This document shows, piece by piece, positions 55,324-63,739 of a stretch of 64,000 nt of DNA (within the stretch, counting starts at the first letter, position 1; every line of letters starts with the position of its first letter). The notes under the pieces are model-generated. The model did not search any database, was not told where the DNA came from, and saw nothing but the letters and a program-made list of their open reading frames with translations. The stretch lies in the IMG/VR virus record IMGVR_UViG_3300042259_000159; one strand, written 5' to 3'. The DNA comes from a virus. A program made the position numbers and the translations under genes.

Positions 55324-55581
55324 ATTATGCTTATTATTTTATTTTGAAAGGCCATATGTATACACATATATATATATACATATATATATGTATAGAGCAA
55401 CCAAAATGGTTAAATAAAAAGGTGTTTTGTGGAGACACCAAACTCCTCCAGTTTTAGTGATCTGGAAACAATAAGCGGCGCAGGTGCTCTTTAAAACACG
55501 TGCTACCAAGCGTATAAATTGTCTAGGGGATTTCACCAAACACATTATGTTATTGGAGGGATCTTTCCCTAGACTCAGTAA

Positions 55582-55654
55582 AGCTCCTGACAGGACTTGA
55601 ACCCGCAACCGGCTGATTACAAATCAGCTGCTCTGCCAGTTGAGCTACAGGAGC
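55582..55654 (-). tRNA. tRNA-Thr (anticodon UGU), no encoded CCA
   Basis: GCTCCTG/CAGGAGC acceptor, GCTGA-TTTGTAA-TCAGC. Confidence 0.8.
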
Positions 55655-55658
55655 AGAA

Positions 55659-55730
55659 CAGAGGGAGAAGGATTCGAACCTTCGAATGACGGGACCAAAA
55701 CCCGTTGCCTTACCGCTTGGCTACCCCTCT
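55659..55730 (-). tRNA. tRNA-Gln (anticodon UUG), no encoded CCA
   Basis: ACGGG-TTTTGGT-CCCGT anticodon arm, T-arm GAAGG-TTCGAAT-CCTTC. Confidence 0.75.
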
Positions 55731-55738
55731 AAATTTTT

Positions 55739-55815
55739 TGGCTCCGGCGGCAGGATTTGAACCTACATTCGCAATGGTTAACAGCCATTTGCCTTACCAA
55801 TTCGGCGACACCGGA
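55739..55815 (-). tRNA. tRNA-Asn (anticodon GUU), CCA encoded
   Basis: AATGG-CTGTTAA-CCATT, TTCAAAT T-loop, acceptor TCCGGTG/CGCCGGA. Confidence 0.75.
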
Positions 55816-55860
55816 ATGAACTTTTTATTTGTTATCAGCATTGTTTTGCTTTATTTTAAA

Positions 55861-55939
55861 TGGTCTCGGTGATTAGATTTGAACTAATGATTATTCCTGC
55901 TCCCAAAGCAGGTGCCATACCAAGCTAGGCGACACCGAG
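55861..55939 (-). tRNA. tRNA-Pro (anticodon UGG), CCA encoded
   Basis: CCTGC-TTTGGGA-GCAGG, T-arm ATTAG-TTCAAAT-CTAAT, acceptor CTCGGTG/CACCGAG. The variable region is slightly long. Confidence 0.65.
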
Positions 55940-56293
55940 ATCAGGTGTGGTACCAAACTCCACTATGGGCAGAGGTTATAAGAAGGTCCGTACATGATAT
56001 AGACAGATATTCTTCCATAACAGCGGTACGGACGCTGTCTCATTTTTATATCTTTCAGTGTGCTATTACGCCAAAGGGAAATTAAGCCTTACCAGTTACG
56101 GGGTGCCCTTTTACTATCCACAAAGAATTTCAAATCGCGTGCATTCTAAGTATCGGAAAATTCTACAACCACTTAAAGTACACCTCGTTTAAGAGATAGC
56201 GACCTGTGCTTCGTCCCACTCTTTAAAGGATGGCTGCCTCAAAGCCCACCTCCTGAAAAATGCATGAAGGATTATCCCTCCTTCGCTAAATAC

Positions 56294-56322
56294 AACCTAT
56301 CAATTTTAAGGGTTCTTGTCAA
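56294..56322 (-). promoter_or_regulatory. sigma70-type promoter (TTGACA-N17-TAGGTT, then GTATTTAGC) facing the tRNA cluster
   Basis: The minus strand has the same architecture as the promoters at 26289 and 32237. Confidence 0.5.
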
Positions 56323-56423
56323 GAACATTTTAAGGTTTTTGAAATTTTTGTTGAACGCTGATTTGCTACGCGGGTACAGCGTTCGAAACCTCGATAGCAT
56401 CCTTGCCGTTGGCAAAGCTGTCA

Positions 56424-56505
56424 GGAGCCGCAGGAGGAGAATTGAACTCCTCTGGCATCAACACGCAGTCACCACAACTACATCTACCGTTACGGGTATG
56501 GCTCC
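56424..56505 (-). ncRNA. degenerate tRNA-like element
   Basis: GGAGCC/GGCTCC acceptor-like helix, hairpin GTAGT-TGTGGTG-ACTGC, perfect T-arm AGGAG-TTCAATT-CTCCT. It has extra nucleotides and a non-canonical anticodon loop. Confidence 0.3.
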
Positions 56506-56519
56506 CCATCCTAGTCACC

Positions 56520-56790
56520 TGTTGATACCTTATAGGTTCAGCCCTACCAAGGGCACTGCGGCTTAAGTGGGTTGGTTGGTGCAGATTGTGAACGTACCCC
56601 CGCCTATAGAGGCGGAAGCTTCCTGCTTCAGCGAGAACAGCACCAGTAACTCCGAAGAGTTGTGGCGAATTACACTCTCTCCACAGGCGTAAATTCCCGT
56701 GCGACCCACGGTACTTTATGAGTTACGCTAGGCAGATATTCGCCCAGCTTCTTCTCTAATATTTATTGCAGCGTTCTTGTCACGGTTATG
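56520..56790 (-). ncRNA. expected TnpB omega-RNA (reRNA) region
   Basis: Located by position at the 3' end of tnpB plus downstream sequence. Hairpins CCGTGGGTCGCACGG, ACTCttcgGAGT and CCGCCtctataGGCGGGGG are present; the exact ends are unknown. Confidence 0.3.
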
Positions 56791-57976
56791 ATGACTGCCA
56801 CACTTAAGGCAATCCCATTCCCGCACAGACAAGTCTTTGGTATCCTTGTTCTGGTAGCCACAGACATGGCATAGCTGACTGCTTGGATACCATTTGTCTA
56901 TCTTGATAAGTTGCTTACCCTGCCATGCAAGTTTGTATTTCAGCATACTTGTGAACATGCTCCAGCCGTTGTCGGATATGGATTTACCAAAGTTGAACTT
57001 GCCACCCTTCTTTCGCTTCGCCATGTCCTTTACGCTAATGTCCTCTATGCCAATCACATCATAGCGGTCTGCAAGATAACGAGCTTTCTTATGCAGGAAG
57101 TCGCGGCGTTGATTAGCAATTTTCTCATGGAGTACAGCCAAACGTAGTCTTTGTTTATTCCTATTACGGCTCCCTTTTTGTCTCTTGGAGAGTTTTCTTT
57201 GTGCCTTGATCAATCTCTTTTCGGCTTCCCGTAAGAAATTTGGATAATCGGCGTTGTCCTCATCGGAAGCAACATACATCCCGTGCATAGCAAAATCCAA
57301 TCCAAGAAAATTCTTCGGTATGATGGGAAGTATTTGGTTTTCATACTCCACCAAAATACTAATATAGTATTTTCCTGACGGTGTTTTACTTATGGTTACA
57401 GTCTTTATGGTGCTATTCTCCATCAATGGACGATGCAGACACAGCTTTACCCAACCTATTTTCGGCAGCTTGACTTTGTTTCCCTCGATTCTTACAGAGC
57501 CATGTTGGTTGTTCGTAGAATATGAAGCATGACCCGCTTTCTTCGACTTGAAGCGTGGCTTGCAAAAATGCTTCCTATTGCTCCAAAAGTTGTTATACGC
57601 CTTGTTCAGGTTTATTTGGGCATTGGCGAGAGCAAGGCTGTCAACCTCTTTCAGCCAAGGAAACTCTTTCTTGTACTGTGCAGGTGTGTTGTTCAGCCTC
57701 TCTCCTGTTTCCTTATAGTGATCAAGACGATCTCCAAGCATCTTGTTATAGATGAATCTGGCACTGCCGAAAGTCTTGGCAAACATAATCTTCTGTTCAA
57801 TTGTCGGGTAGAGTCTATATCGGTATGCCTTATTCACTATAATCACCTGCCTTGATTTTCTATGTATTTACGAATTGTCTCAAACGGAGCAATTATCTGG
57901 CTCAACTACTTACGTAAATTCGCTAGACACACCTTCATCCCCCACCTTAGAGGTGGAGGGCTTCTGGCGGGTTAGG
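56560..57976 (-). mobile_element. IS200/IS605-family TnpB-only element (boundaries approximate)
   Basis: tnpB is flanked by similar subterminal hairpins: LE CCCTCCACCtctaaGGTGGGGG (57939-57960) and RE CCGCCtctataGGCGGGGG (56597-56614). No tnpA is present. Confidence 0.55.
56728..57846 (-). CDS. tnpB: TnpB (OrfB_IS605) RNA-guided nuclease
   Basis: N-terminus AYRYRLYPTIEQKIMFAKTFGSARFIYN. RuvC-like GLDFAM / IGIEDISVKDM / RDKNAAINI. Zn-ribbon CHVCGY...CLKCGSHHNRD. Confidence 0.9.
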   Translation of the reverse strand: MIIVNKAYRYRLYPTIEQKIMFAKTFGSARFIYNKMLGDRLDHYKETGERLNNTPAQYKKEFPWLKEVDSLALANAQINLNKAYNNFWSNRKHFCKPRFKSKKAGHASYSTNNQHGSVRIEGNKVKLPKIGWVKLCLHRPLMENSTIKTVTISKTPSGKYYISILVEYENQILPIIPKNFLGLDFAMHGMYVASDEDNADYPNFLREAEKRLIKAQRKLSKRQKGSRNRNKQRLRLAVLHEKIANQRRDFLHKKARYLADRYDVIGIEDISVKDMAKRKKGGKFNFGKSISDNGWSMFTSMLKYKLAWQGKQLIKIDKWYPSSQLCHVCGYQNKDTKDLSVREWDCLKCGSHHNRDKNAAINIREEAGRISA

Positions 57977-58013
57977 TTAAATCCCTTGTGTCTACTAATT
58001 CCACCAATCGGGC
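57977..58013 (-). pseudogene. truncated tRNA-Leu(UAA) 5' half ending at the anticodon (..AAGGGATTTAA)
   Basis: GCCCGATTGGTGGAATTAGTAGACACAAGGGATTTAA, then unrelated sequence (the IS left end). It duplicates the 5' half and upstream spacer of the tRNA at 58023..58109. Confidence 0.7.
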
Positions 58014-58022
58014 TAAAATCTT

Positions 58023-58109
58023 TGGTGCCCAATGCAGGACTCGAACCTGCACGCCATTTCAGGCAGGAGGGCTTAAACCTCGTGTGTCTACCAATTCCAC
58101 CAATCGGGC
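58023..58109 (-). tRNA. tRNA-Leu (anticodon UAA), type II, CCA encoded
   Basis: Close to E. coli leuZ-type layout: GCCCGAT..GTGGAATTGGTAGACAC..TTTAAGC..TGCAGGTTCGAGTCCTGCATTGGGCACCA. Confidence 0.8.
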
Positions 58110-58118
58110 TAAAATCTT

Positions 58119-58202
58119 TGGTGCCTCAGACAGGATTCGAACCTGCACGGATCTCTCCACTTGGTCCTAAGCCAAGCGTGTCTGCCATTCCACCACTGAG
58201 GC
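58119..58202 (-). tRNA. tRNA-Leu (anticodon UAG), type II, CCA encoded
   Basis: GCCTCAG acceptor, CTTGG-CTTAGGA-CCAAG, long variable arm, GCAGGTTCGAATCCTGT. Confidence 0.8.
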
Positions 58203-58260
58203 TGAAATTTTAATTAAAGTTTGACATACTCCCCACGGATAAATCCGGGGGATTCTGGAT

Positions 58261-58413
58261 TCAAACAGCAACGGCGGGTGCAAGCACCCTTCTGTCTGTC
58301 ATTGAGGCAGTCGCCTTAGAACCAGCCGCTGCACCGAACTCGCTACCGCTGGGCGCTCTGCAAGAACACACTCCCAGATATGTATGCCAATAGCAATTTT
58401 TGTCATGTTTCAT
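58261..58413 (-). CDS. small Cys-rich protein (50 aa)
   Basis: ATG after GGAGGTAAAC; below the track cut-off. Confidence 0.35.
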   Translation of the reverse strand: MKHDKNCYWHTYLGVCSCRAPSGSEFGAAAGSKATASMTDRRVLAPAVAV

Positions 58414-58443
58414 GTTTACCTCCGCTCGCAGGTGAGCTATTCG

Positions 58444-58596
58444 TTATATGTCGTAAAATTCATGGCTCGTGTATTTGCACGGGATTACCCCATGCAAAAC
58501 GTGCAGGAAGGCAAGCACAGCCTGACGCACGGCCTCCCTTAATGCCTTTTTTGCTACGGCAAAATTCGCCATCATGTGCTTAAAATAGATCATCAT
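58444..58596 (-). CDS. small protein homologous to the N-terminus of 25794..26186
   Basis: HVLHGVIPCKYTSHEFY compared with HALHGIIPCKYTSHDYW; weak RBS. Confidence 0.3.
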   Translation of the reverse strand: MMIYFKHMMANFAVAKKALREAVRQAVLAFLHVLHGVIPCKYTSHEFYDI

Positions 58597-58646
58597 ATAA
58601 CCAGTCAATCAACCGGATTTGCTATGCTCTCCGGTTATTTCGGTCG

Positions 58647-59057
58647 TTAGCCTTCCATCGCCAGCTTGATTGCCCGGCGAACTTTCCCAAAATCGTGAAT
58701 CGAAAACAGGCATCCGCCGAAATTATACCGGCAGACCATCTCCGCATCCAGCCAGCGCAACACCTCCAGCATTTCAGGGGCGGCTGCAATAAGTTTGGCG
58801 TTGGCCTCCATGATTGGCACGCGTCCTTGCACGCCACGGGCAGAGGTTGCACATACCGGGTTGCCGTTGCAATCCTCTACTATCAACCGGCCTTTTCGGT
58901 CCGGCACAACTCCGGCAGTAACCGACCACGGGCCGGGACTATGCACAGGATAATCTTCCCTGTTGTAGGCTGTTTTCCCATCCGTTATAATTGTCGGCGT
59001 TTCGCTATCTTTGCAAACCTTTCCCCGATATGTATTTCCGTCACCGTAGCTATTCAT
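58647..59057 (-). CDS. hypothetical protein
   Basis: Contains EANAKLIAAAPEMLEVL, a motif I recall from many phage and prophage hypothetical proteins. Confidence 0.5.
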   Translation of the reverse strand: MNSYGDGNTYRGKVCKDSETPTIITDGKTAYNREDYPVHSPGPWSVTAGVVPDRKGRLIVEDCNGNPVCATSARGVQGRVPIMEANAKLIAAAPEMLEVLRWLDAEMVCRYNFGGCLFSIHDFGKVRRAIKLAMEG

Positions 59058-59107
59058 TGGTGTTATCTCCTTCTTCGGCCATTATTCTTAAAAATTCTTC
59101 AAAGTTG

Positions 59108-59281
59108 TATGCGGCCTTATTCGTCATCTCTATACACCTCCACTTGCTCATGTGATTGTCGGAAACTTTCGGCAACTTTTTCGGCGACATCTTTTGTCAT
59201 TAGGCCAGTCCTATACCACTCTCCGGCTTGTTCGTTAATCCATCTCCAGTATTTCACTCGATAATTAACATTTTTTGGCAT
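59108..59281 (-). CDS. hypothetical protein (57 aa)
   Basis: ATG after GGAGGAG; below the track cut-off. Confidence 0.35.
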
Positions 59282-59284
59282 TGT

Positions 59285-59551
59285 CTATCTCCTCCGCAAG
59301 TTGCGCTCTCTGGTCAAGCCACCATTTTTTTCTGACACGTCTTTGTCTCTTTCAATCGTGTAGAGAAGGTTTTCGGATTTGTCTATCAATTCCTGTAATT
59401 GATGATATATTTTCCGGTATTCGTCGTGCGAAATATCCAAAAGTTCCCGCATTCCGTCTCTGGTATTCTTAAACAACAAGCAATCTGCATCACCACGAGA
59501 AAGGCCAAGGTTTGCTTCCATATAATTAAACGGGCAAACAGGCTTTTTCAT
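59285..59551 (-). CDS. hypothetical protein
   Basis: ORF track; ATGA overlap with the upstream gene. Confidence 0.45.
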   Translation of the reverse strand: MKKPVCPFNYMEANLGLSRGDADCLLFKNTRDGMRELLDISHDEYRKIYHQLQELIDKSENLLYTIERDKDVSEKNGGLTRERNLRRR

Positions 59552-59808
59552 GTTGTCTCCTTTATTTCTTCAATAAGTGTTTCCAGGTCTGAACACTCCT
59601 GCTCAAGTGCCTTGTGCAGTGCTTTATTCTCATGAGCACCTTGCATTTCCGAGTACAGCCGCCCGAGCAACGATGCTTCCAAGTATGGCAAAACCCTTTT
59701 CAACAGTTCACCTCGCAACAAATTTTCAGTAACCTGCTTTTCTTGGTGGTTCTTCATCAGGCAAGAACCGCAAATAATATTCTCGCTGTGGTTACAGGAC
59801 GTTATCAT
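59548..59808 (-). CDS. hypothetical protein
   Basis: ORF track; overlap-coupled. Confidence 0.45.
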   Translation of the reverse strand: MITSCNHSENIICGSCLMKNHQEKQVTENLLRGELLKRVLPYLEASLLGRLYSEMQGAHENKALHKALEQECSDLETLIEEIKETT

Positions 59809-60047
59809 ACAAACCCCTCAAAATAGCATAACGGCAGCCAACCCCGAATAAGGTGCGTGTCGTGACCATCTATCAAGAACCTATCTTCACAACATATCCA
59901 ATCATACTCGCCGTCGTCTTTCGCGTCGTTCTCCGGAGCAACATTAGAAAACCACGCACTACAAACTGTTCCGTCATGCAAAAACAACAATATCTGCTGA
60001 CCGTTTGTCGGTAGTGTTTCCGGGCCATTCAATCGTATTTGATTCAT
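59805..60047 (-). CDS. hypothetical protein
   Basis: ORF track; overlap-coupled. Confidence 0.45.
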   Translation of the reverse strand: MNQIRLNGPETLPTNGQQILLFLHDGTVCSAWFSNVAPENDAKDDGEYDWICCEDRFLIDGHDTHLIRGWLPLCYFEGFV

Positions 60048-60257
60048 TTACAGTCCTCCAAATGTATTTTCCATTGCCGTAAACCCGCAGCCTTTTCCAT
60101 CTGCAAGCGTTTCAACTGCGGCATTAAAACCACGGACGAACGCCGGTGGCGGGTCCGGTATGTCGTCATCGTCAGTACCCCAATACTTACGCCAGCTATC
60201 CATCATCGTTTTGTTAATCATTTCACTCATCTTCAAAGCCCTCCACGTGCAAATCAT
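60048..60257 (-). CDS. hypothetical protein
   Basis: ORF track. Confidence 0.4.
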   Translation of the reverse strand: MICTWRALKMSEMINKTMMDSWRKYWGTDDDDIPDPPPAFVRGFNAAVETLADGKGCGFTAMENTFGGL

Positions 60258-60432
60258 TGCTCAGATCCAAGTCAACAAACACCTGCGCCGGTTCCTCTTC
60301 CTCGCCGTAATTACCCGATTGCCTGACGGGGCCGGTGAGTATTCTGATGTCTCTTATCATGCATAACAACTGTGATCCGTCGAAAGAGAGATTAAACAGC
60401 TGAGACAGTTATGCAGGCGTTAACGTTCTTAT

Positions 60433-60461
60433 TATATAGCACAGGAGAAACACTTTGTCAA
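60433..60461 (-). promoter_or_regulatory. sigma70-type promoter (TTGACA-N17-TATATAAT)
   Basis: Minus strand reads gcTTGACAaagtgtttctcctgtgcTATATAATaag. Confidence 0.55.
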
Positions 60462-60611
60462 GCTTTTTATAAAACTATTTTAAAAAAGAACTGTTTCGCT
60501 GTACATAATTCTGACTTAAGGCCTAGAACAAATAGTAAAACCGGAGGAGGAGCTTCTTTTCATCTAGGATGTGACTTCCATGTCTGATAGGCTTTCCGGC
60601 GTGTTAAGAAG

Positions 60612-60640
60612 AATATAACAAACAACACAGGCCTTGTCAA
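60612..60640 (-). promoter_or_regulatory. sigma70-type promoter (TTGACA-N17-TATATT)
   Basis: Minus strand reads cTTGACAaggcctgtgttgtttgtTATATTc. Confidence 0.5.
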
Positions 60641-60713
60641 GTGTTTTCTTACATCCCTTATGAGACTCCTTATTGTTTATATCACAACACCCTGCTGTCA
60701 TTGCTTCTTCCTC

Positions 60714-61423
60714 TTAGATAGTAAACAGTTTTTCAACACCTTTCTTGCTTCCCGTGTTCTTTGTCAGGCTGCTTACAATTTCTTTTTTCCAAATGCAAGT
60801 AAAATCTTCTGGAGCATTATATTCTGAAACAAACACCTTATGTCCCTCATTAGCCTTATCTCTGCACCACTGCCAAAACAACTCATGGTCAAAATCATTA
60901 GAGTACTTTGTTGTCCCTGAATAGGGCGGATCACAGTAGATTAAGCTGTTACTGGGGATATGTAGCTCATCATAAGGACAACACAAAAATTCTACATTTT
61001 GAATTAGCGAGGACTGTTTTATTGCTGATTGCTTACTACGTTTTGTTTGTATTATCATGTTTTCAATATCACCTTTTGTTCCTGCTTTGTCCCGCCTATA
61101 CCCCCCAAAAAATTTACCACCAAAAGACATTGAAAATGCTGTAAATCCAGTTAAACCATCAATATTTTTGTGTTTTTTCATTGAATTGTACATATCTTCT
61201 GTAATAATTTCAGGAATACTTTTTGGTGCATCGCGTATAAGTTTTAATGCTTCTATTACATACGGGCTGCAATGGCGGCCCCAATACGATTCCCATCAAC
61301 CTTATCAATCATGTTTCCACCTCCAACAAACGGTTCAACCCACCACTGGTCAGGTTTTCTTTCTGCAAGCATAATTGGGAGGATATACTTTGCTATTCTG
61401 TTTTTACTTCCCATGTATTTCAT
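60714..61423 (-). pseudogene. Dam-like (D12 class) N6-adenine methyltransferase split by a frameshift
   Basis: N-part MKYMGSKNRIAKYILP...WVEPFVGGGN (61256..61423). C-part ...SPYVIEALKLIRD...LIYCDPPYSGTTKY (60714..approx 61250) lies in another frame. The switch is near 61250-61265. Confidence 0.65.
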
Positions 61424-61772
61424 ACTTACCTCCTGTTTTTGTTTTAGTTGTAAGGTGCTTTTACCTGTCAATATCAAACTACCCCTATTCCCCCTGTTTG
61501 TCAATACCTTATTCTTATCTAAACATAAGATATATATATTATATATATATTCTTTATATAATATAAATATATATACTTTATATATAGTATATTTATATAA
61601 TATATATATGTATATAATATATATACTCCTACTCACTACGAGACACATACATAATATATACATTAACCCTTCCTGCAAAGGAAGCCGTAGGATACCATAA
61701 AAAAGAGATTTTGTCAAGCATTATTTTAAGAAATGTTAAAAATAATTTCCTAACCTAATCTCTATTTTTTAC

Positions 61773-61801
61773 TTGACAAAAAGACTTTATTGTGTTATAA
61801 C
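61773..61801 (+). promoter_or_regulatory. sigma70-type promoter (TTGACA-N17-TATAAC)
   Basis: Read directly. Confidence 0.5.
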
Positions 61802-61833
61802 ATAATAGAGGCTAATTTTATATGGAGGAAAAT

Positions 61834-62016
61834 ATGATATACACATACAGGTGTTCAATCTGCAACAAGCTTTTTACCTCGCACGAGGATGTATACGATG
61901 TATACTTAGAAAGCTTTGTTTGTCCTGAATGTCTGCGTGAGGGAAATATCTCCGCTGTCTATGGCGAGGATTTCTTAGATTCGCTGGACATGTTCGACAA
62001 CCCAGAAGATCTTTAA
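61834..62016 (+). CDS. Zn-ribbon protein
   Basis: ATG after GGAGGA; CSIC...CPEC. Confidence 0.45.
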   Translation: MIYTYRCSICNKLFTSHEDVYDVYLESFVCPECLREGNISAVYGEDFLDSLDMFDNPEDL

Positions 62017-62051
62017 TAAAGTATTTTATCAAAAAATAATTAAATAAAGAC

Positions 62052-62080
62052 TTGACAAATGGTTAAAAGTGTGTTATAAT
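62052..62080 (+). promoter_or_regulatory. consensus sigma70 promoter (TTGACA-N17-TATAAT)
   Basis: Read directly; followed at 62103-62125 by the AT-rich Fur-like site AAATGATAATGAATTTCATTGTC. Confidence 0.6.
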
Positions 62081-62219
62081 AGGTTTTGAATTAATAATTA
62101 AAAATGATAATGAATTTCATTGTCTTTTGTAATCTTCTAAGATGTCTTAGATAGGCATCCGAAAAGTATAGGGGAGTTTCCCTCCTTTTCTCCCCTATAA
62201 AATATTAACAGGAGGTAAT

Positions 62220-62540
62220 ATGGCTAGGCCGAAAGGTACAACAAAAGAGGTTCTTATGAACAGGAAGCTTCTTGCACAACTAGACATTATCAAAGAGAAG
62301 GTGTCTGATGATGTTGTAGAGGCTTATGAAACACTGGCCTTCTTGATGAGGGATAAGGCATCCTCTTCAAGTGTAAGAAAGGGTTCAGCGGAACAAATCA
62401 TTGGTCTCCACAAATCTTTTTGCAAGGAAGCAAGCGGTGATGTTGAGGATGTAGAGGAGGTAATGGAAGACGGTAGGACTTCTGGCGGGGGTATGGGTAA
62501 AATACTCAGCCTGAAAATGGTAGGAGGAGGCAATGACTAA
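62220..62540 (+). CDS. putative terminase small subunit
   Basis: Inferred only from its position directly upstream of terL and overlapping it (ATGACTAA). Confidence 0.35.
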   Translation: MARPKGTTKEVLMNRKLLAQLDIIKEKVSDDVVEAYETLAFLMRDKASSSSVRKGSAEQIIGLHKSFCKEASGDVEDVEEVMEDGRTSGGGMGKILSLKMVGGGND

Positions 62541-62604
62541 ACTCGCACCTGCATCAAGAAAGCAAGAAATGATGCTGGGTGCTGATGCCCAAATGACGGT
62601 AATT
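62533..62604 (+). CDS. terL: terminase large subunit, exon 1
   Basis: MTKLAPASRKQEMMLGADAQMTVI. A stop follows 2 codons later unless the transcript is spliced. Confidence 0.55.
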
Positions 62605-63082
62605 GGTAGATAACTGCCCTGTACACAGGAAACTGTGTATGTGTATCTCATTAAAACGGGGAACCCTAAGTGTACACGCATAAGGGAATCCCGTGACTAC
62701 GCAAGCCGAAAAAGGAGTAGGCATGAAAAATTTAGGATTTATGGGTTTTGATAAGTGTGCGGATATGTTCTGACCTAGAGAAGGGTTTTTCATGCTCTTC
62801 TACTGTAAGGAGGAATAAGGTTGGAACAAGCACGGTACATAGGATCTATAGAAGAAAAACGCATACTTCCATATCTAAGAATTTTTCTTGGGAGTAGTTG
62901 TAACGACTAGTTCATAAGAACGTAAGACACAAGTAGTCCTTAAGTGCAAGGACAAGGTGTTTGAAACATGAGACACTCTAACAAGTAATGTTGAGGGTGA
63001 AGAGATAGTCTGAACTGTATAGAAATATACAGCAGGAGAACATTTTAATGTTTTTCCGGCAGATGCCTTACGAACATCTGTG
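62605..63082 (+). ncRNA. group I intron 1 in terL (ORF-less, approx 478 nt)
   Basis: Core GTAACGACTAGTTC...GAAGAGATAGTCTGA, hairpin CTGTATAgaaaTATACAG, terminal CAGATG..CATCTG hairpin, ends in G. Confidence 0.6.
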
Positions 63083-63368
63083 AACATTTTGGGTGCCGCA
63101 GGTTCGGGAAAGTCATACATAATGAATATGATACCTTTGAGGTATGTCGATTGCCCCAACTTTAGGGGGATTGTCTTCCGAAGGGAAACGACACAGCTTA
63201 CAGGTGAAGGGGGGATGTGGGATACAGCAACGGAGATATACTCTGAGCTGCCTAAAAATATCAGGCCCAAAATATTGAAACATAACCTGAGAATGATTTT
63301 TCCGAATGGGGCAAAAATTAAGTTTTCACACATGGAAAATGATAATGATTTCAGGAAACATCAAGGGT
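63083..63368 (+). CDS. terL: terminase large subunit, exon 2 (Walker A)
   Basis: NILGAAGSGKSYIMN...GIVFRRETTQL...KFSHMENDNDFRKHQG. Confidence 0.7.
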
Positions 63369-63622
63369 TAATTAGTAGCCCCTTGTGTTGGTGACAGCGC
63401 AAGCAAACTAACCTAATTCGGTGGAAGCCCAAACATGTAGGATGTGGGTGATACCGAGCAAGCCACGGCGTGTGTAACGACTAGTTCTTAGGAACGTAGG
63501 CCCAAGCGGGTCGAAACGGTTAGCATCTTATTAAGATGAAGATATAGTCTACTCTGCATGGAAACATGCAGCGGACACTTTATGTGTCGGGCAGATGTTA
63601 GCGCCATCTGTTGAATATTATG
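63369..63622 (+). ncRNA. group I intron 2 in terL (ORF-less, approx 254 nt)
   Basis: GTAACGACTAGTTC...GAAGATATAGTCTAC (compare canonical AGATATAGTC), CTGCATGgaaaCATGCAG, CAGATG..CATCTG. U before the 5' junction and G before the 3' junction. Confidence 0.65.
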
Positions 63623-63739
63623 TACAATATACCCTGATATGCTTTGATGAGGCAACACATTTCACTTTCCAACAAGTTGAATACTTAATGTCACGTATGA
63701 GAAGTAAAAGTAAGTATGCTTCTCGTATGGTTCTGTCGT
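63623..63739 (+). CDS. terL: terminase large subunit, exon 3 (Walker B)
   Basis: (L)QYTLICFDEATHFTFQQVEYLMSRMRSKSKYASRMVLS; the 3' end is approximate. Confidence 0.65.

Noticed and set aside
56060-56085. AATTTCCCTTTGGCG (minus strand) considered as the missing 3' half of the truncated tRNA-Leu, which would imply a 1.9-kb TTAA-flanked insertion.
   Set aside because: Only the anticodon-stem-like TCCCT and a few further bases fit, and no T-arm or acceptor follows. The implied insert would also contain the tRNA-operon promoter. It is mentioned in the TnpB finding but not called.
55339-56566. ORFs 55339..55608- and 56264..56566+ in the tRNA/TnpB region.
   Set aside because: They overlap a TA-tract, the tRNA-Thr 3' end, the promoter and the tRNA-like element, and have no start context.
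57875-58213. ORFs 57875..58213+ and 57988..58170+.
   Set aside because: They lie antisense over three tRNA-Leu sequences, and the repeated peptide reflects the tRNA duplication.
58236-58262. GGGGGATTCTGGATTCAAAC resembles the 5' end of bacterial tmRNA (GGGGCUGAUUCUGGAUUCGAC).
   Set aside because: There is no T-arm or ...CCACCA 3' end within about 400 nt downstream on that strand, and no tag reading frame ending in a hydrophobic ALAA-type tail. On the other strand the region is the 3' end of a small ORF plus a hairpin.
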